The notes: generated by a model not told the origin, from the sequence alone. DNA of 64,000 nt from Eukaryota sp. GEM-RC1 (GCA_040285855.1 JAUFOQ010000013.1:124001-188000), one strand, 5' to 3'. Numbered from the stretch's first letter, positions 36,396 through 50,373 are shown. A program made the numbers and translations.

Positions 36396-38970
36396 TTACA
36401 TGAGTAAAATATACACATACAAGACAAAAATAAGAACAACGAACCAAGGACGTCGAAAAAAGCTTAACAAATAAATAAATCTGGATTTCAACTTTGATAT
36501 TTCTAATCCTCTAATTATCACGTGATTATTGACTTTCAAAGCCTTTGATAACGCCTTAACACCTTTATCATCAATAGAGTTTGAACCAAGGAAAATTGAT
36601 ACAACTCCAGTACTAACTTTCAGCGAATCAGCCAATGCACAAGCACCTTCAGCTCCAATAGAGTTTCCATACAAATCCATACTGGTCAATGTTTTATTCA
36701 ATTTCAGTGCATCTGCAAATGCACTAGCACCTTCAGCTCCAATAGAGTTTCCATATAGGTCGAGGCTAGTCAGTGTGGTATTGACTTTTAAAACTGCTGC
36801 CAATGCTAGAGCACCGTCAGCTCTTATGTAATTTGCACCGAGAAAAAGACATGACACTGTAGCATTGAGTTTTAAAGCTTCTCCTAAGACTCCTGCTGCC
36901 TCACATCCAATAGAGTTTGTACCGAGAAAAAGAGTTTTGACTGAACTATTCACCTTTAATGCTTCTGCCAGTGCCTTAGTTCCTTCAGCTCCAATAGAGT
37001 TACACCTTAGGTTAATACGTGTAACTGTGGTATTCACCTTTAATGCTTCTGCAAGTGCCTTAGTTCCTTCAGCTCCAATAGAGTTACACCTTAGGTTAAT
37101 ACGTGTAACTGTGGTATTCACCTTTAATGCTTCTGCAAGTGCCTTAGTTCCTTCAGCTCCAATAGAGTTACACCTTAGGTTAATACGTGTAACTGTGGTA
37201 TTCACCTTTAATGCTTCTGCCAGTGCCTTAGTTCCTTCAGCTCCAATAGAGTTACACCTTAGGTTAATACGTGTAACTGTGGTATTCACCTTTAATGCTT
37301 CTGCAAGTGCCTTAGTTCCTTCAGCTCCAATAGAGTTACACCTTAGGTAAATACGTGTAATTGTGGTATTCACCTTTAATGCTTCTGCCAGTGCCTTAGT
37401 TCCTTCAACTCAAATAGAAATGTTCCACAAATTTAGACTTGTAACTGAAGAATTAACTTTTAACGTATCAGCTAATTCTCTAACTTTTTCAATACCAATA
37501 GAGTTGTTTGCCAGGACAATAATTGTAGTATTGTTACCTTTAAGCCCTTCCAGTACTTCCTTTAAGGTATTACTTACTTCAGAACTACTACAGTTCAAGG
37601 AATTCTGATTCCTTGTTGCTTTCATAAAAGCACTCTGATACTGGTACACATAATTGAGAACCTTCAATGGATTTTCCACTAGCTGAAGCTACTCTAGGGA
37701 CACTTTCTCCTAATTTAATAGGGTTTTTGGTCTCGTTAAGACTGTGGATTTCATTCTGCAAATTACTAATTGTCTGATTCAACAAAAGTATCTGATGTTC
37801 AAATTGAGTTCGCATACTTAGAAAATCATTACAATGTTGTTTCGAAACATGAATATTGTTTGCCTCTAACTGAGAAATTTTACTATTCAACTGCTTTTTT
37901 CCAGCGCGTAGAAGATGAATTTGATCAACTTGAGATTGGTTTTTCTCTTGCAAAAAGTCAATTTTTTCCAGTAATAGTGAATTATCAATCTGTTGAAGTA
38001 CAGGCTCATAAACAGTTAAATTTTCCAAAACATCAATTAATTCAAAAATTCTAGGTCGTTGGACTGGATCTACTCTTAAACACCTATTAATTACATCAAC
38101 CAGGACTGTTGGTATACATTCATCAAACTGAAGTGATATTCCTCTTTGTTTAGCTCCAACAAGACCATACATGGACATCCCTTCAAATGCTTCCTTGTTT
38201 TCGAACAACTCATACAACACTATCCCAAGTGAGTATATATCACTGTGTGGAGTGAAAGTGTTCTCGAATTGCTCTGGAGCAGCATAGCGGACAGTCATTG
38301 CTCCAGTTCTAGGAACTGTTGAAGTTGAGGCAATGTTCCGAGATGTTCCAAAATCAGCTATTCTTATTCTTCCATCCACAACTACCACGTTTCCAGGCTT
38401 GAGATCGCCATGAACAACCGACTTACTGTGGAGATAGCTGATTCCTTGACAGAGTTGTTTGGCATACTCGACAGTGAGAGCAGAGAAAGAGTTGGGGGAG
38501 GGGGAGGGAAGAAGAAGCTCTTTCCATAACGATTCCAATGCTATCCTCCCAATAGCAGCGACCATAGACACGAAGTACAGCAGGATGATTCAGTTGGACA
38601 AGGAGGTTCATCTCTTTCTGTAGTTTGATTCTTCCCTTTTCAGAAAGGGATACCATTTTACAGCTACTGGAAGTTTAAACCATTCACATGCATAAACAAC
38701 AGCACATCCTCCTTCAGCGATCTTATCGAGGACTTCAATTTGTTCTGATGCGATTTTTACACACAACGCTCCTTCATGAGCTGCTTGTACTAAATCTCTG
38801 AGTGCATAGTTTGGATTCTTTTCTATGGGACAATCTTGGCGACAGATTGGACACCGTTTTAAGAACGACGCGCATTGAGCACAGACAGTATGTCCTAGAT
38901 CACAGAGGAGAAGTGGGAGATGTTGGGAGAGATCAAAGGAGTCACAGCAGACAAAACATTGAATTGACAA
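36396..38970 (-). pseudogene. RING finger - TKL-like protein kinase - coiled coil - LRR - C-terminal TM protein (disrupted)
   Basis: RING CFVC...LCDLGHTVCAQC...CPICR; kinase IAEGGCAVVY, VAVK, HGDLKPGN, DFG and APE; RI-like LRRs; hydrophobic tail. Three frameshifts, a GGA>TGA stop at 37410-37412, and no ATG. Confidence 0.8.
36945..37410 (-). repeat. Tandem 84-nt LRR-coding array (about 5.5 almost identical units)
   Basis: CACCTTTAATGCTTCTGC recurs at 36951, 37035, 37119, 37203, 37287 and 37371. Confidence 0.95.
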
Positions 38971-40946
38971 AGGTTCTTATTGAGAAATCTAATGTTATGA
39001 GAAACAACATAACAACATTCTAGTTTGTCTGGGAAAAAGGTTTCCACGTTTTCAAAACGCATTTTTATGTGTTCAATTCTCATATCTGGCCAATCCAATT
39101 TCTCTCTTCCAAAATTTCTGACATGTCAACACAGTCTAGTAAGTCGTGACGACAATGATGAAGGTGAAGTCGTTTCGATTGTAGACAAGGACGACTATTC
39201 GTCACTTTTCTCTCCCAGTGGCCGAAAAACCGACTCTAAAGTCGCTTGATTACATTGTGACAACGTTCTCTTTAAGATGGATGTCTCCTTGTATTAGATG
39301 GATAGACTGAACCTTTTGGTTGTTCACTTATGATCTTTAACATTGTTACACCTGATGGGGCAGTGTTATACGGATGTATTACCACTTTTGCAAATTTTAA
39401 AGATGACCATGCTATTTTTTTTAGAAATTAATAATGTTATTGAGTCAAATAAACCAACATACACCACCAATGGTGAAACAGAGATGATCAAAGTCGGTAA
39501 ACAAATTTAAAAGAAATTTCTAGGATTTATCAGTAGTCATATAAGTTGAAGGCACGGAGAAGTTTAGAATGATTTAGTCCAAGAACAAGATGAAATTGCC
39601 AATATACTTTTTGGTGGTTTGAAATTGAGTTTTAGGGAATTATCTCACTCAAGCAGTATCAATCTGTAGTATTTGCATAGTTTCTGTTGTACAAATACAA
39701 TTTAAAACCAGACCCGAAATTTACGTTTCCAAAACGTAATTAACGTTTCCATGCCGTTTCCATACTGATATGTTTATTGGAAACGTTTCTCGTAACACTA
39801 CTAAAAATACCAAAATTTTTACAAAGATTTTTACCCTTTCAACGACACTGATTTCCATTTCCACATCAGATCAAATATTCACATAACCTTACATGTACTG
39901 ATGCGTCCGCTCTTACGTTTGTATTCCACAAACTTCCACACTTGTTTTGAAATCCGCTCATGTTAATTGTTATCTTAACAGTTAAATTTGCTAATTTTCC
40001 AGTGGTCAGATACATGTGTAGATATTAAAACGATAGACAAGGGACATGTGTCAACAAATCGGAAGACTTCTTAACGAGATCTATTTTTGCTTGCTAGTTA
40101 ACAACCTTTGATGGTACACTTATAAATGAAAGCTTAAGAACCACTGTAATACCAAAGGAGATAGACTCCGTTTTAATGAGGACAAACTCGCTGCTAAGCC
40201 GTTTTAAGTCGATGTTTTAAGTAGTGATGAAAGAAAAATGGGGACACATGTCTAGGTGGATTTTGTAACGTGTCAGAAACAATGTTGAGTTTATTGTTCA
40301 ATCAAAGCCAGTACTAAATTACTTCAATGCAAAAAGCAATCCAATCATGTAAAAGTGATTCTGTTCCGAACATCGACTGAGAGGGGAATCATATGGTTAA
40401 GTAGGGTTTTAAGTTGATCCTATCAGTATGAAAGTTCTTCTAACTGTAAAAGCTCATTCAATCGAATGTATGTATGTTGCGTTTTTCCCGTTTAAAACAA
40501 AAAAAAGTATTCTTTTGGATGTCAAAAATGAAACTCTCATATCGGAATAAGTCTCACTGAAACTATTTGTAGTGAGACTAATTGAAACAATGGGTGTAGT
40601 TTATTGTGGTATAACATGTAGAAAAACATTCCAGTCAAACATTATAGAAGACAATACAAGGGTACCTACCAGGTTTTCTAGGCTTGATGCAAAGGCACCG
40701 TGTGCACACGTGTGTGAAAACCGACACGTGGGAAATTTCGAACACAAATTTCAATAGCAGTTGCAAAAATTGGACAATATAGTAATCATATATAACGTAA
40801 TTTTATAAGACTTATCACTGTACATTACACAAACTAGTTGTGGTTATAAATAAACGATATTAATGCCAACTATGTTTATAAAGTTCCAGAAATGCTGATA
40901 ATAAACGATACAAATTCATTCGAAGAATTGCAAACATTTGTTATTA

Positions 40947-41822
40947 GGGTAAAATTCATTTATACTCATTCCACAAATCAATATTTCACACCTACTCAAA
41001 ATGAAATTAAAAATTCAAATCATACTCAATCCATACTCAGTCAATATCCACATAAATCTCTGCCTTTTCAACCTCACTGTTTTTCTTATTACCACTGTTG
41101 TATCGTCTATAACTTGTACTGACATGACATAGTAAGTCCCTTCTTCTTACAGACACAACATCCATATCATCCTCGACTCTTTTTGACTTATGGCTCTCTG
41201 TAACTTGTGATCCTTCTTCTGCTTTTCTAATGGGGTTTCTACTTGTTGCTCGAACTCACTACAGTTCCAGAAACAAGACTTCAATTGAGTTTATCCATGG
41301 AATTCTTCATCAATAAACTCTTCTCACTTTCAGAGCAGTAGCAACAACAACGGAGTGAATGTACGGCACTTTGTTCTCTTGTCAATCTCCACAGGAACAA
41401 CTGCTGTTTGCACAAATTAACGGAGCAACAACCTGCAAAGCATTGTAGTAGCAATGCTCACACATCTTTGCAACTTTGTTTAACTACAGTGGGCATTTTC
41501 AAATGATGATCAAATAAAGTGATCATCTTTGTGTTTTTATAGATTTATGAACCTAGGTCTGCCTTAATTCAGGAGCATAAGCGGAGATGCATGTACACAC
41601 ATCGTCCTGACACCTTACACTGTAGCGCTTTGTCGTAGTTTCAAAACTTCGTTCTAGATTCCATAAGGTCCTTGAGTAGAGTTTCTTCTGAAAGATCTTT
41701 GAATGCTAAGCTAGCTTCTTGTAAGAAAGTCATTATAGTGAAAAACAGTCATGAATTTTTGATTTCAATTTGAGTATGTGTGAATTATTGATTTGGGAAA
41801 TGAGTATAATTGACATTTATCC
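40947..41822 (-). mobile_element. Internally deleted Mutator-like element (MULE)
   Basis: About 75-bp imperfect TIRs (40947-41020 vs 41750-41822) and a 9-bp TSD TTGTTATTA/TTGTTTTTA. Internal SWIM-like CSCGD*QENKVPYIHSV and a C-terminal CCVCKKKG knuckle. Confidence 0.8.
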
Positions 41823-42257
41823 TTGTTTTTATAACAAATAGTTGTAAATTATGACTGCCAAATCATCCAGATAGTCCAGCGAATCCGTATATTACACACT
41901 TTGCACCAATGCCATTATCGTTTCCTAAAGCACAAATTGATATTAATTGTAAGGTCTATTACTAACATATGGTGTTATTATTAATGATACTGGTAAATTC
42001 CACTTTAATAGGACAAAATCAGAACGATTAATTGTACAGTCTACCCTGACATTATGTCCAATTGTCATTAAGAATTAATTCTCATTAATGTGAAATTTCA
42101 GCTACCCGACTTTTTCTCAGATCAAAATACGCCTGATGTGTTGGTATTGCCAAAAGTAGTAGATGAATAAACTAGAAAAACTTTCTTTCGATGTTGTTTA
42201 GTTCAAAAACGTAAATTGTGAAGTGAAGTGTCAGTGTCAAACAGCTTTTTAATACCA

Positions 42258-44517
42258 GTGTAGATCAACTTCACACATTCAAGAACACAGACTTTTGTGA
42301 AAAGAAGAAAGAAAGAGTTAGAAGCCACGGAGTTCCATTATGGCTTAATCATCTTGTAGAAGGTGTTGACATGAACAAGGATTCCTTGAGAGAATCAAGA
42401 AGAAGACATGGTTGTTGACGTATTGATGAGTCACTAGGAGAGTCTGGACGAGTCTGTCAAAGTCCACAAGAATGTCCTTAAATTTTGACCTATCTCCATA
42501 ACAAGGACATTACCTTGTTGTTGACCGCTCTGTATAGTTCTACTTAGGACACAACAAAAACAAGAATGTCGTATTCAAGCAAAATGTATTGATGACCATG
42601 CGTGTTCTCTCAATATCAAACATCTCACAGTTCCCTTGATATAGTCCTCTTCTCTTTCTCTTACATATAACGTACCGTGTATTCTCCGTGATTAACGTGT
42701 TGAAAGCATTGTCTCCTTTGTGGTCTCCAGTTTCATGAGGAGATGAGATGACACTCTTCCCTGCGTGAGTTGGTCGGAGCATTTCGCACATATTCCCAGA
42801 ACATCAAAGTTCCCTTCGATCATATCTTTCTCCAAGCCACTATTGTAGAAGGTGGATTTGATGATGTAAACGCTTCTAAATGATATACTCTCTCTGCCGT
42901 TGTCGTCACTACGTCTACTCTGACAAGGAATGAACACCTCCATCTTCTCCCTATTTAATCTTCCTCTTCCTTCTGAACCTCCCCTCCATTCTGCTTGATA
43001 TTTGCACCACTATCATTGACAATCTTGATTTTGCTTTGGGAAGAAATCTTCTCTCCTACCCCTTTCAAAAATTCTGACAACAAACACCATCTTAGACTCG
43101 CTCCAACAATACACCGCGTATAGAAGTGTCTCCATTTAAACCTTCTTCTTCCTGGCCACTTCAATCCATTCAATTTCCTTCTAGTTATTGACAATGTCAC
43201 AGTTGCTGATTGTGATTATTATAAGAACTTTCCCTATTTAATTCTTTGATCCCTTTCAATGAGTTTTGTTTGTCTTGTAGTGTGGTTACATTCCTGGTCC
43301 ACATAATGATCTTTATACTCATTGCGCAGTTGAATATCAGCAACTAACTGAAAGAAATGCTTCTGCTGTTCAATGATTGGTGAACCAAAATGTCTAAAAA
43401 TTCCTTCACTTTTGACGAGTCAATAACTGAATCTTTCCAAAACACAATTATAATTTGTCCAACATCAATGGTTTTATTAAAACTGTAAATTGGTGAACTT
43501 TTAAAATTGTCATTAGTTTAGCATCTTACCAATTTGTTCAAAATCATTACTCACTATTATTCCAGAAATCGATTATTTCTGGCCAAAAATCAGGACTTGT
43601 ATGATCATATTTTACGATAACTAATATTTAACTAAGATTTGCAATTTGAACTTTCTAATTCTTAATATTTTGAAATTCAACTAGTGTGCTTCTTAATTCC
43701 ACGTCTTGCTACCACTTTCATCTGCAGTTCTGACGGTGTCACTTCTAAGTTAAGTTACAAATCACAATCAAAACTATTTGTAAGAATGTAACTTAACCAT
43801 TGGATTAAGCTGTGTCATTTTGAACTTAGATCCTGACTTTTAATGAATCACGAACTTATGAAGGTCAATCTGAGGGAAATTTGGACTAAGTTTCACAACG
43901 ACAATGATTCAACTTTTATGTCTATTTTGACACCAATTTAACTGTCACTACAATCAATCTTGGCTTCAATTTCTTTGTGTTTGTATCAAGATATTTTACC
44001 ACATGAAGTTTATTTAGTCGTGTTTTACTCTCGTTCTGTCTGTGCCAATTTGACACGTGTCAATTGTTGACGTGATCAATCTCTTGTAGATGCTCAATTA
44101 TGCTTGTATTCTGAACACAGACTTACAATGCACAATTAGCACATCACTATTCTTAGCTTGTTAATTAATTGCAACAGTTTTGAAAACTCATATAAGGAGT
44201 TCTTTAACATTAGAAATGTTAAAGAATATAGTGGTAAGTAAAAATATTCTTCAATCAGGTACTTGTGCTTCTTGGTGAAGGGTACTGTGTAATTGTTCCA
44301 AAATGACTTAAAATTGCAATGCTTTTCAAAAACAGCATGGTTGTTTCTATTTTCATTATTGTTGATGTTTTTTGCTATGTTAGTGTTGGATTTGAACGTG
44401 TGTTTTTTATGCGTTGTATATTTGATTCAGTGTGTTTTTGTAATTCTATTCAGTGGAGGAAGGAATTTTCGCTACTCAGAATTTCAATACTTCTTCAATT
44501 TGTTTGTTTGCTACAAA
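42258..44517 (+). repeat. 2.26-kb direct repeat, copy 1 (Gypsy integrase-like remnant plus R2/NeSL-like 3' end)
   Basis: Colinear with 52425..54684, roughly 90% identical by eye. Contains TSHSSLDI (integrase-like), KLCHFE..NHEL, IWTKFHND and GTCASW (RLE-like). Confidence 0.85.
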
Positions 44518-44961
44518 CTTTTTAATTCAGGATATTTTTGTACTATTTCTTCATTCATCTTTTGCACATATAATTCACTACCCAAGAGCAAATTAAATCC
44601 CCAAAACTTGGATTATTGTCAAAATTGTTGCCGTAAAAAATAGGATCAGAATGGGTTGTTGCTAATGGATATTTTATTGGAAATGATTTCTTCCAATTGT
44701 AAGAAAGTATAGTAACGGAACCTTCTTTGTTTGTTTGAGGAGAGAACAGAAAAATCTCAATGCACCAAACATCAACACTACATATTTGAGTATCACCTTT
44801 TTGCCGATGAATAAGATTGAGCGTTCGTACGTTGAATTGAAAATCTCTATTTTGCTTTATCAAAATCTAAACCATAATCGTTTAACACTGTTTATTTAAA
44901 AAAATCATTTTTTTACCTCATTGAAAATAAAAAAAACTTTTTTATATTTTTTCTTTTTTCC

Positions 44962-45816
44962 TTAAAATAGAATCCAATCGAAATCTTTCCCATTACTTTC
45001 AAGTCTGTTTAATCGGAACATTATAGTTCGATAATGTCTCTCTACGTCATAATTATTAAAATTAGAATTAATTAATGTGTTTGCAAGCAAAAACATTGTT
45101 CTGCAATAAATAAATGAGACAAATAACGAAGTGACACAATAATTATCAGGATTGAATACACGCGTTTGATTGAGGAACGGTTGACAAAATGAATGACAAG
45201 TGTTGAACTCTCCGAATACATGAGTCATATAAGGAAATTCACTCAAAAACAAATCAGAGATTTGTCTTAGGTCGTTGATTAACTTGGGCCTGTTCATTCT
45301 TCTTAAAAACTTAAAGAATTCTTCGACATAAAGACAGATCTTCAATTTGTATTGTTCTTCTATCTCTTTGTCTGATCTGTTTAATCCACAAACCAGGTCT
45401 TTGCAAAACGTTGCAAAGAAATTAGTCCATTTAACAAAATATCTAATGAATTCCAATTCTGAATCAACGAAGGACTAAGGTTCTGTTGATTTGTGTACAC
45501 CCAATCCCTTGAAACCATTATATACATTAACTGTCTTGAATTCAGCACTGATTGATAGATTGAGTGGTAGATTGAATGTAAAATCTCTTGCCTTGATTCT
45601 GAGTTTCGAAAATTTGTTGGGCAATTTGTTTGTAGAAATCTTGTCATCAGTTTGGTCATCAAATTCTTTGATGTGCCTTTCACGAAGTTCTGGAGGTTGA
45701 CACATAATAATGCACTCATCGATATTTGCATCAAGAGTAGAGGATACAAGAACAACAGAAGAGTCAAGAGTAGCAGTCGTAATAGTAGGAGTTTGCATTA
45801 GAGCAGAAGTTTCCAT
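44962..45816 (-). pseudogene. Hypothetical viral-like gene (about 284 aa) with in-frame TAG
   Basis: ORFs 45475..45870 and 44962..45456 share a frame and are separated only by TAG at 45475-45477. Likely ATG at 45816. Confidence 0.55.
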
Positions 45817-46157
45817 AAGTACAGAGAGTTTATATATTAATATAATTTTCAATTTTTGAATGGTAATCATTTTTTCCCTGCTCCATTTTACTATTGTACG
45901 TATTTCTTTTATTGCTTCTTTTTTCCTTCTAATATTTATACAAAAAACATAACTAACAAAAGCATCAAATTTAGAGTCATTTTTATATAATCAAATATTT
46001 AATGTTAGAAACATTATTTTATTCAAATTTGGTTTTGATGTTTCTCTTAAATATTTCCATAATTTACTTATAGATTCTTCCATTTATGAGAAATTTAATC
46101 ATTTTTTCTACAAAAAATAAAAGATTTTTAGATTATTTTAATAAAATAAAACAACTA

Positions 46158-48263
46158 CAGTCTTCCCCCGGTTTATGTCCACCTCTTGGACTGGACATAA
46201 ACCGAATTTGGACATAAACCGGGGGTTGCTTCGGTGCAGAGTGAACAGATATCTATGGGTCTTTATTGTTATGTGAAATAAAAGCTAAAGTGAGGGCCAT
46301 TCTACTGATGATGGTGTTGTATCAAGGGGTTCTACCATATCGGAGAGAAAGGTCTCCAATTCTAAGACGGTGATATCGTGAGAAATTTCATTTGAATCCT
46401 GGAAATGCAGCCATTGGCAGAGTTGTAGGACACTTTCGTTCATAACAGGAAGCAGTTGTAACAAGTTTGAGGGAGCGTTTAAAGACATAGACGGATCTTG
46501 AAGAAAGGATGTTATGTCAATACGAGAAGGATTGCAAAGTAGAAACCGACGATTGACAGCAAATAAAAAGTTTTGAAGGGAGTATAGAGCATTCAAGGCA
46601 TCGTATTCTGATAGCAATGAAGAGGATGATGTCTTCTCACATTGAAAGTTCTCAGACTCTAGCAAGATGTCCAAGACTGAATCCACAACATAGTCTCTTT
46701 CCATGCTTCTTCCTTCTTCTTCATCGCCTGTTACATCTTGATCATATTCGTTAAAGACGGTTCCCATGCTATCATCCATTCTTAACTTTTTCGATCAATG
46801 TTGTCTTTCGCCAACAGTTGATGATTGACACAGCTCCTACCTGATCCCATGCAAATTTACATAGCTCCACTGCTTCATATAGGGTAAAGTCACGCATTGC
46901 TCCTTTTTGCTTGAATATATAATTTACTATACCTCTCTTATAGTAGTTTTTAAACGCTTTGATAACACCTAAATCCAGAGGCTGTAACTTACTCGAGGTG
47001 TTTGGCGGAAGGAACTCTAGACGCACATTACTGAACTCATCTTCAATCTTGTGAGAAGGAACGTTATCTACTAAAAGAAGGATCCTTCTTCCTTGGGATC
47101 TCATCTCCTTGTTGAGGGTGTACATATAGTTGTAGAATATCTCCTTTGTCATCCAACCTTTAGCATTGTTGGTATAAACTAAGTAATCTCGAATGTTTTT
47201 TCCTTTAAAATGATGTGGATTCTTTGCTTGTCCAATCATCCAAGAATCCAGTTTCTCACCAATAGCACTAACAGTGAGGACAAGTGTCACTCTATTCTTG
47301 AAATTCTTTTTACCATGTAATTTTGTGAGAGCAGATATTGTCTTGGTTGGAAGTGCTTTCCAAAATAACGCGGTTTCATCCATGTTAAAGACATTATGGA
47401 TTGGGAAGTTATTGATGATCATGCGAATATCAATTATACGAGTAGCATGTAAAGCAAGGTCAACACTGGCCTCTTCTCCGTGAATAGTCTTTAGAGAGAG
47501 ATTATGGCGCTTCTTGAATCGCGTTAACCATCCATTAGATGCGGTAAATTGTGAGTCCAATCCTATTCTATCTGCTATCCTAAGCCCTATCGATTGTAGA
47601 AGCCACTCTGTTATAATAATACGGCCATCTAGTTCTTCAACAAGTTTGGCCAGAATTTGTTCGAGGATTGGATAGTCGGATGACTTAGATGACTTATATG
47701 GTCCAGAATCAGGTCTTGCTGCTGTGCGAATCCTACGTACAGTTCGCGGAGAAACAGAGATATTGTACATAGAATTCAGATGGGATACCATCGCTGTTTC
47801 TGAAAGACCACTATCATGGGCAAACTGCCATACATATAGTTTTTCATCCCCAGTTAAGCGGATACGAGTCTTTACATCTGCACGTCGTCGTCTTTTGGGT
47901 GGTTGTAATGCGATTTGGTTGCAGTTGCTGGAGGAGGGAGTCAGTGGTTGTTGTGTTGAGGTATTAGAGGTTTGAGTTGAGGGAGACAGTTGTACTTGTT
48001 CGTCAAGAGCTGTAGGAAACACTGAAGTCAATTCAGATGGAAAGTGGACAGCGACTAGGCTATCAATAGTATCATTGATACCATCAAGCATTATGTAATG
48101 AAAACGGTAAGTAACAATGTTTATTGAAGAAATAAGAAGGAGATCGGTCGATGAACGATCAACGGAGAGAAGAAGATCGATCGACAAAAGTCGGACAGGA
48201 AAATTTTGGACATAAACCGAGTTTGAACATAAACCGAATTGGACATAAACCGGGGGAAGACTG
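46158..48263 (-). mobile_element. Full-length pogo/Tigger DNA transposon
   Basis: Perfect 24-bp TIRs CAGTCTTCCCCCGGTTTATGTCCA, TA target duplication at 46156-57 and 48264-65, and subterminal GGACATAAACCG repeats. Confidence 0.95.
46285..48091 (-). CDS. pogo/Tigger transposase (HTH, CENP-B HTH, DD30D, acidic tail)
   Basis: FTASNGWLTRFKKRH, FNMDETALFW, LLLVDNVPSH and LPPNTSSKLQPLDLGVI, with 30 residues between D2 and D3. One frameshift at an A5 run near 46787 joins the acidic tail ORF. Confidence 0.92.
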
Positions 48264-48409
48264 TACAAAAGATTAAATTTTTTCAATTTCATAATAATAT
48301 TTTAAGATCTAAAATCTATAGGACTTTTGCGTTCTTTTTAAGTGGATATAGTTCATCTATATAAAATACAACTTTTTAAATCTATTTTTTAACACAAGAT
48401 AATTTTGAA

Positions 48410-49277
48410 TCAAAATTTTTGATAATCTAATAATTCACTATATTCTTTTATTATTGTATTATTATATATTAAAAATAAACGAGAATGAGAATAAAATATA
48501 TTATCATCTTTTCTCAAATGTATAAATGATATTTCTCTATTCAAAAAATTAGAAAATAGATGCTTTACATTAGAATCATAAAAACCTTTTTTATTATTTA
48601 TTAATATAATAGAATTATCTCTTTCATTTATATTTAACATTTCTAATATTTCATTAAAAATATTTTCATTCACATTATAATATTCTTTCATGTAAGGATT
48701 GTATAATTGAGAGAGAAATTTATTCGACACCCAATAAGGTAACCTTCCTACAAACTATGAAATTGTAAAAACAAACAAATAATACTAAGATTAAATCCAA
48801 ACGACTTCATCACCACCCGGTAAAAAATTACGTTTATCAACATTAACCTTCACACCAAACTTGTACAATTTCTCAATTAATCTAGAGAAAAAGAAAGGAA
48901 TATTCCGATCTATGGAAAACACTATACGGATTTTCCATTCAGCCATTCTAAACTTACGCTTCTTTTCTTTACCCAATTCTTCGAAATCCTTGAAAAATTG
49001 ATCACCAGCAGGACTAATAGATCCAAAAAGAGAAACAGCAAAAGGTTGAAACACAAATTTGGAATATGAGTTTCTATTTAATTCTTCTACTTGAGAGTCA
49101 TACTTAGCTTTTCAGCTGCTGTTAATGGATTAAAAGAAGAATCTAATATCCTACTAACACAAGATTTGTTACATACATCTACTGTAGTAAAATCCATTAA
49201 TGATTGCCTCGATTTAAGCCACGGAGTATGCAAATCCAAAGTTAGTTAATGATATTTTCATCTAATTGTAATAACAT
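48410..49277 (-). pseudogene. Very AT-rich viral-like gene split by a CRE insertion
   Basis: MLLQLDENIIN (49277-49245) upstream of the insertion and FLSQLYNPYMKEYY... (48718-48410) downstream. Confidence 0.4.
48719..49237 (-). mobile_element. 5'-truncated CRE-like retrotransposon (RLE endonuclease end plus 3' UTR)
   Basis: DLHTPW..MDFTTVD..AEK..KYD..FQPFAVSLFG. The 3' end is near-identical to 12824-12981. Confidence 0.85.
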
Positions 49278-50037
49278 TTATTAATGAATAAAATCATTTT
49301 TTTTAAAAATAAAATTATTTTTAATTCTAAATATTCTAAATTCTATTTTAAATCTTTCCTTTATATATCAAGCAGGGCTCCTCATAAATAAATATAAATT
49401 CTATTTATTTCTATTTATTTCTATTTCTATTTATTTTTGACCCTTTTTGGCGGTCATGCAAATAAACAAAAATGCAACAAAATGAAAATATATATAATAA
49501 AATGTCGGAAAGAAAACTTCATTGATCTCCATAGTGCATGAGTTAAGTTAGTTCTCAATGTTGTTGATTGACTCAAACTTTGCCATTTCAATGTCGAACC
49601 TAACCAACGCAGATGAGCATTTACCTCTGTTCTAAGCCGATCCAACGACTATATCCGAACATATGATCAGTGAACGACTCTCATGGTCGTCCACGATGTT
49701 GACCATTGAACTAATTATGAGGATCCACATATCTCTATGGCATGGCGACGCAGTTAGAGCAATTATACGAAGCAGAAAATCAACTACCCTTTTCCACAAG
49801 AAAGGGATGATCCAATGGATTGTGTATTCATCGGTAGTGACTGAGAGAAAATGTACTGATAAAATATTTTGTTTTTTTTGGGTTTTATTTTGTTTTAATT
49901 ATATTTATTTAACATTTATTTTTGGCACTTTTTTTATTACCTATTCATTTTTCTATCAAAAAATAATTATATTTAGTTAAAACTCTAAATTTAAATTTCA
50001 TATTTTTCAAAAAATTGTCTTTTTTGAATACAATCTT

Positions 50038-50373
50038 TTAATTCCCCCTTAAGACGCCCTTCCACTCAGAAACCTCACCTTTAGCGACCTCCAACCGCTT
50101 CTTCTCCCCCACCGTTAGAGGAATTGGGACGACGTCAGTATGCATCAAATCCCTGAAGTTGTACCGAACCCATGTCGGCCGCCTTGGGGGAGCCCTAACT
50201 CCAAGACCCCCTAGAACCCTCTCCTGTATAACTTCTACACCATGGAGAACGAGCGCCCTCACTACATTAAATTTAGAAACCTCAGTCGGCGTCAACGTCC
50301 CAATTCCAGTTTCAATCCTTTTGAAGGAGATTACCCGATCTTGGAAGTCGGACAACGACATCAAAAGTTGCAT
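50038..50373 (-). CDS. Hypothetical protein (111 aa)
   Basis: Clean ATG-to-stop ORF, GC-richer than its AT-rich flanks, with AATGATT about 15 nt upstream. Confidence 0.45.
   Translation of the reverse strand: MQLLMSLSDFQDRVISFKRIETGIGTLTPTEVSKFNVVRALVLHGVEVIQERVLGGLGVRAPPRRPTWVRYNFRDLMHTDVVPIPLTVGEKKRLEVAKGEVSEWKGVLRGN

Noticed and set aside
42540..44643. Short ORFs conserved between the two 2.26-kb repeats
   Set aside because: Conservation reflects the duplication. The frames differ between copies and lie over retroelement debris.
48092..48292. Longer transposase N-terminus
   Set aside because: It runs through the TIR and out of the element. The ATG at 48091 is internal.
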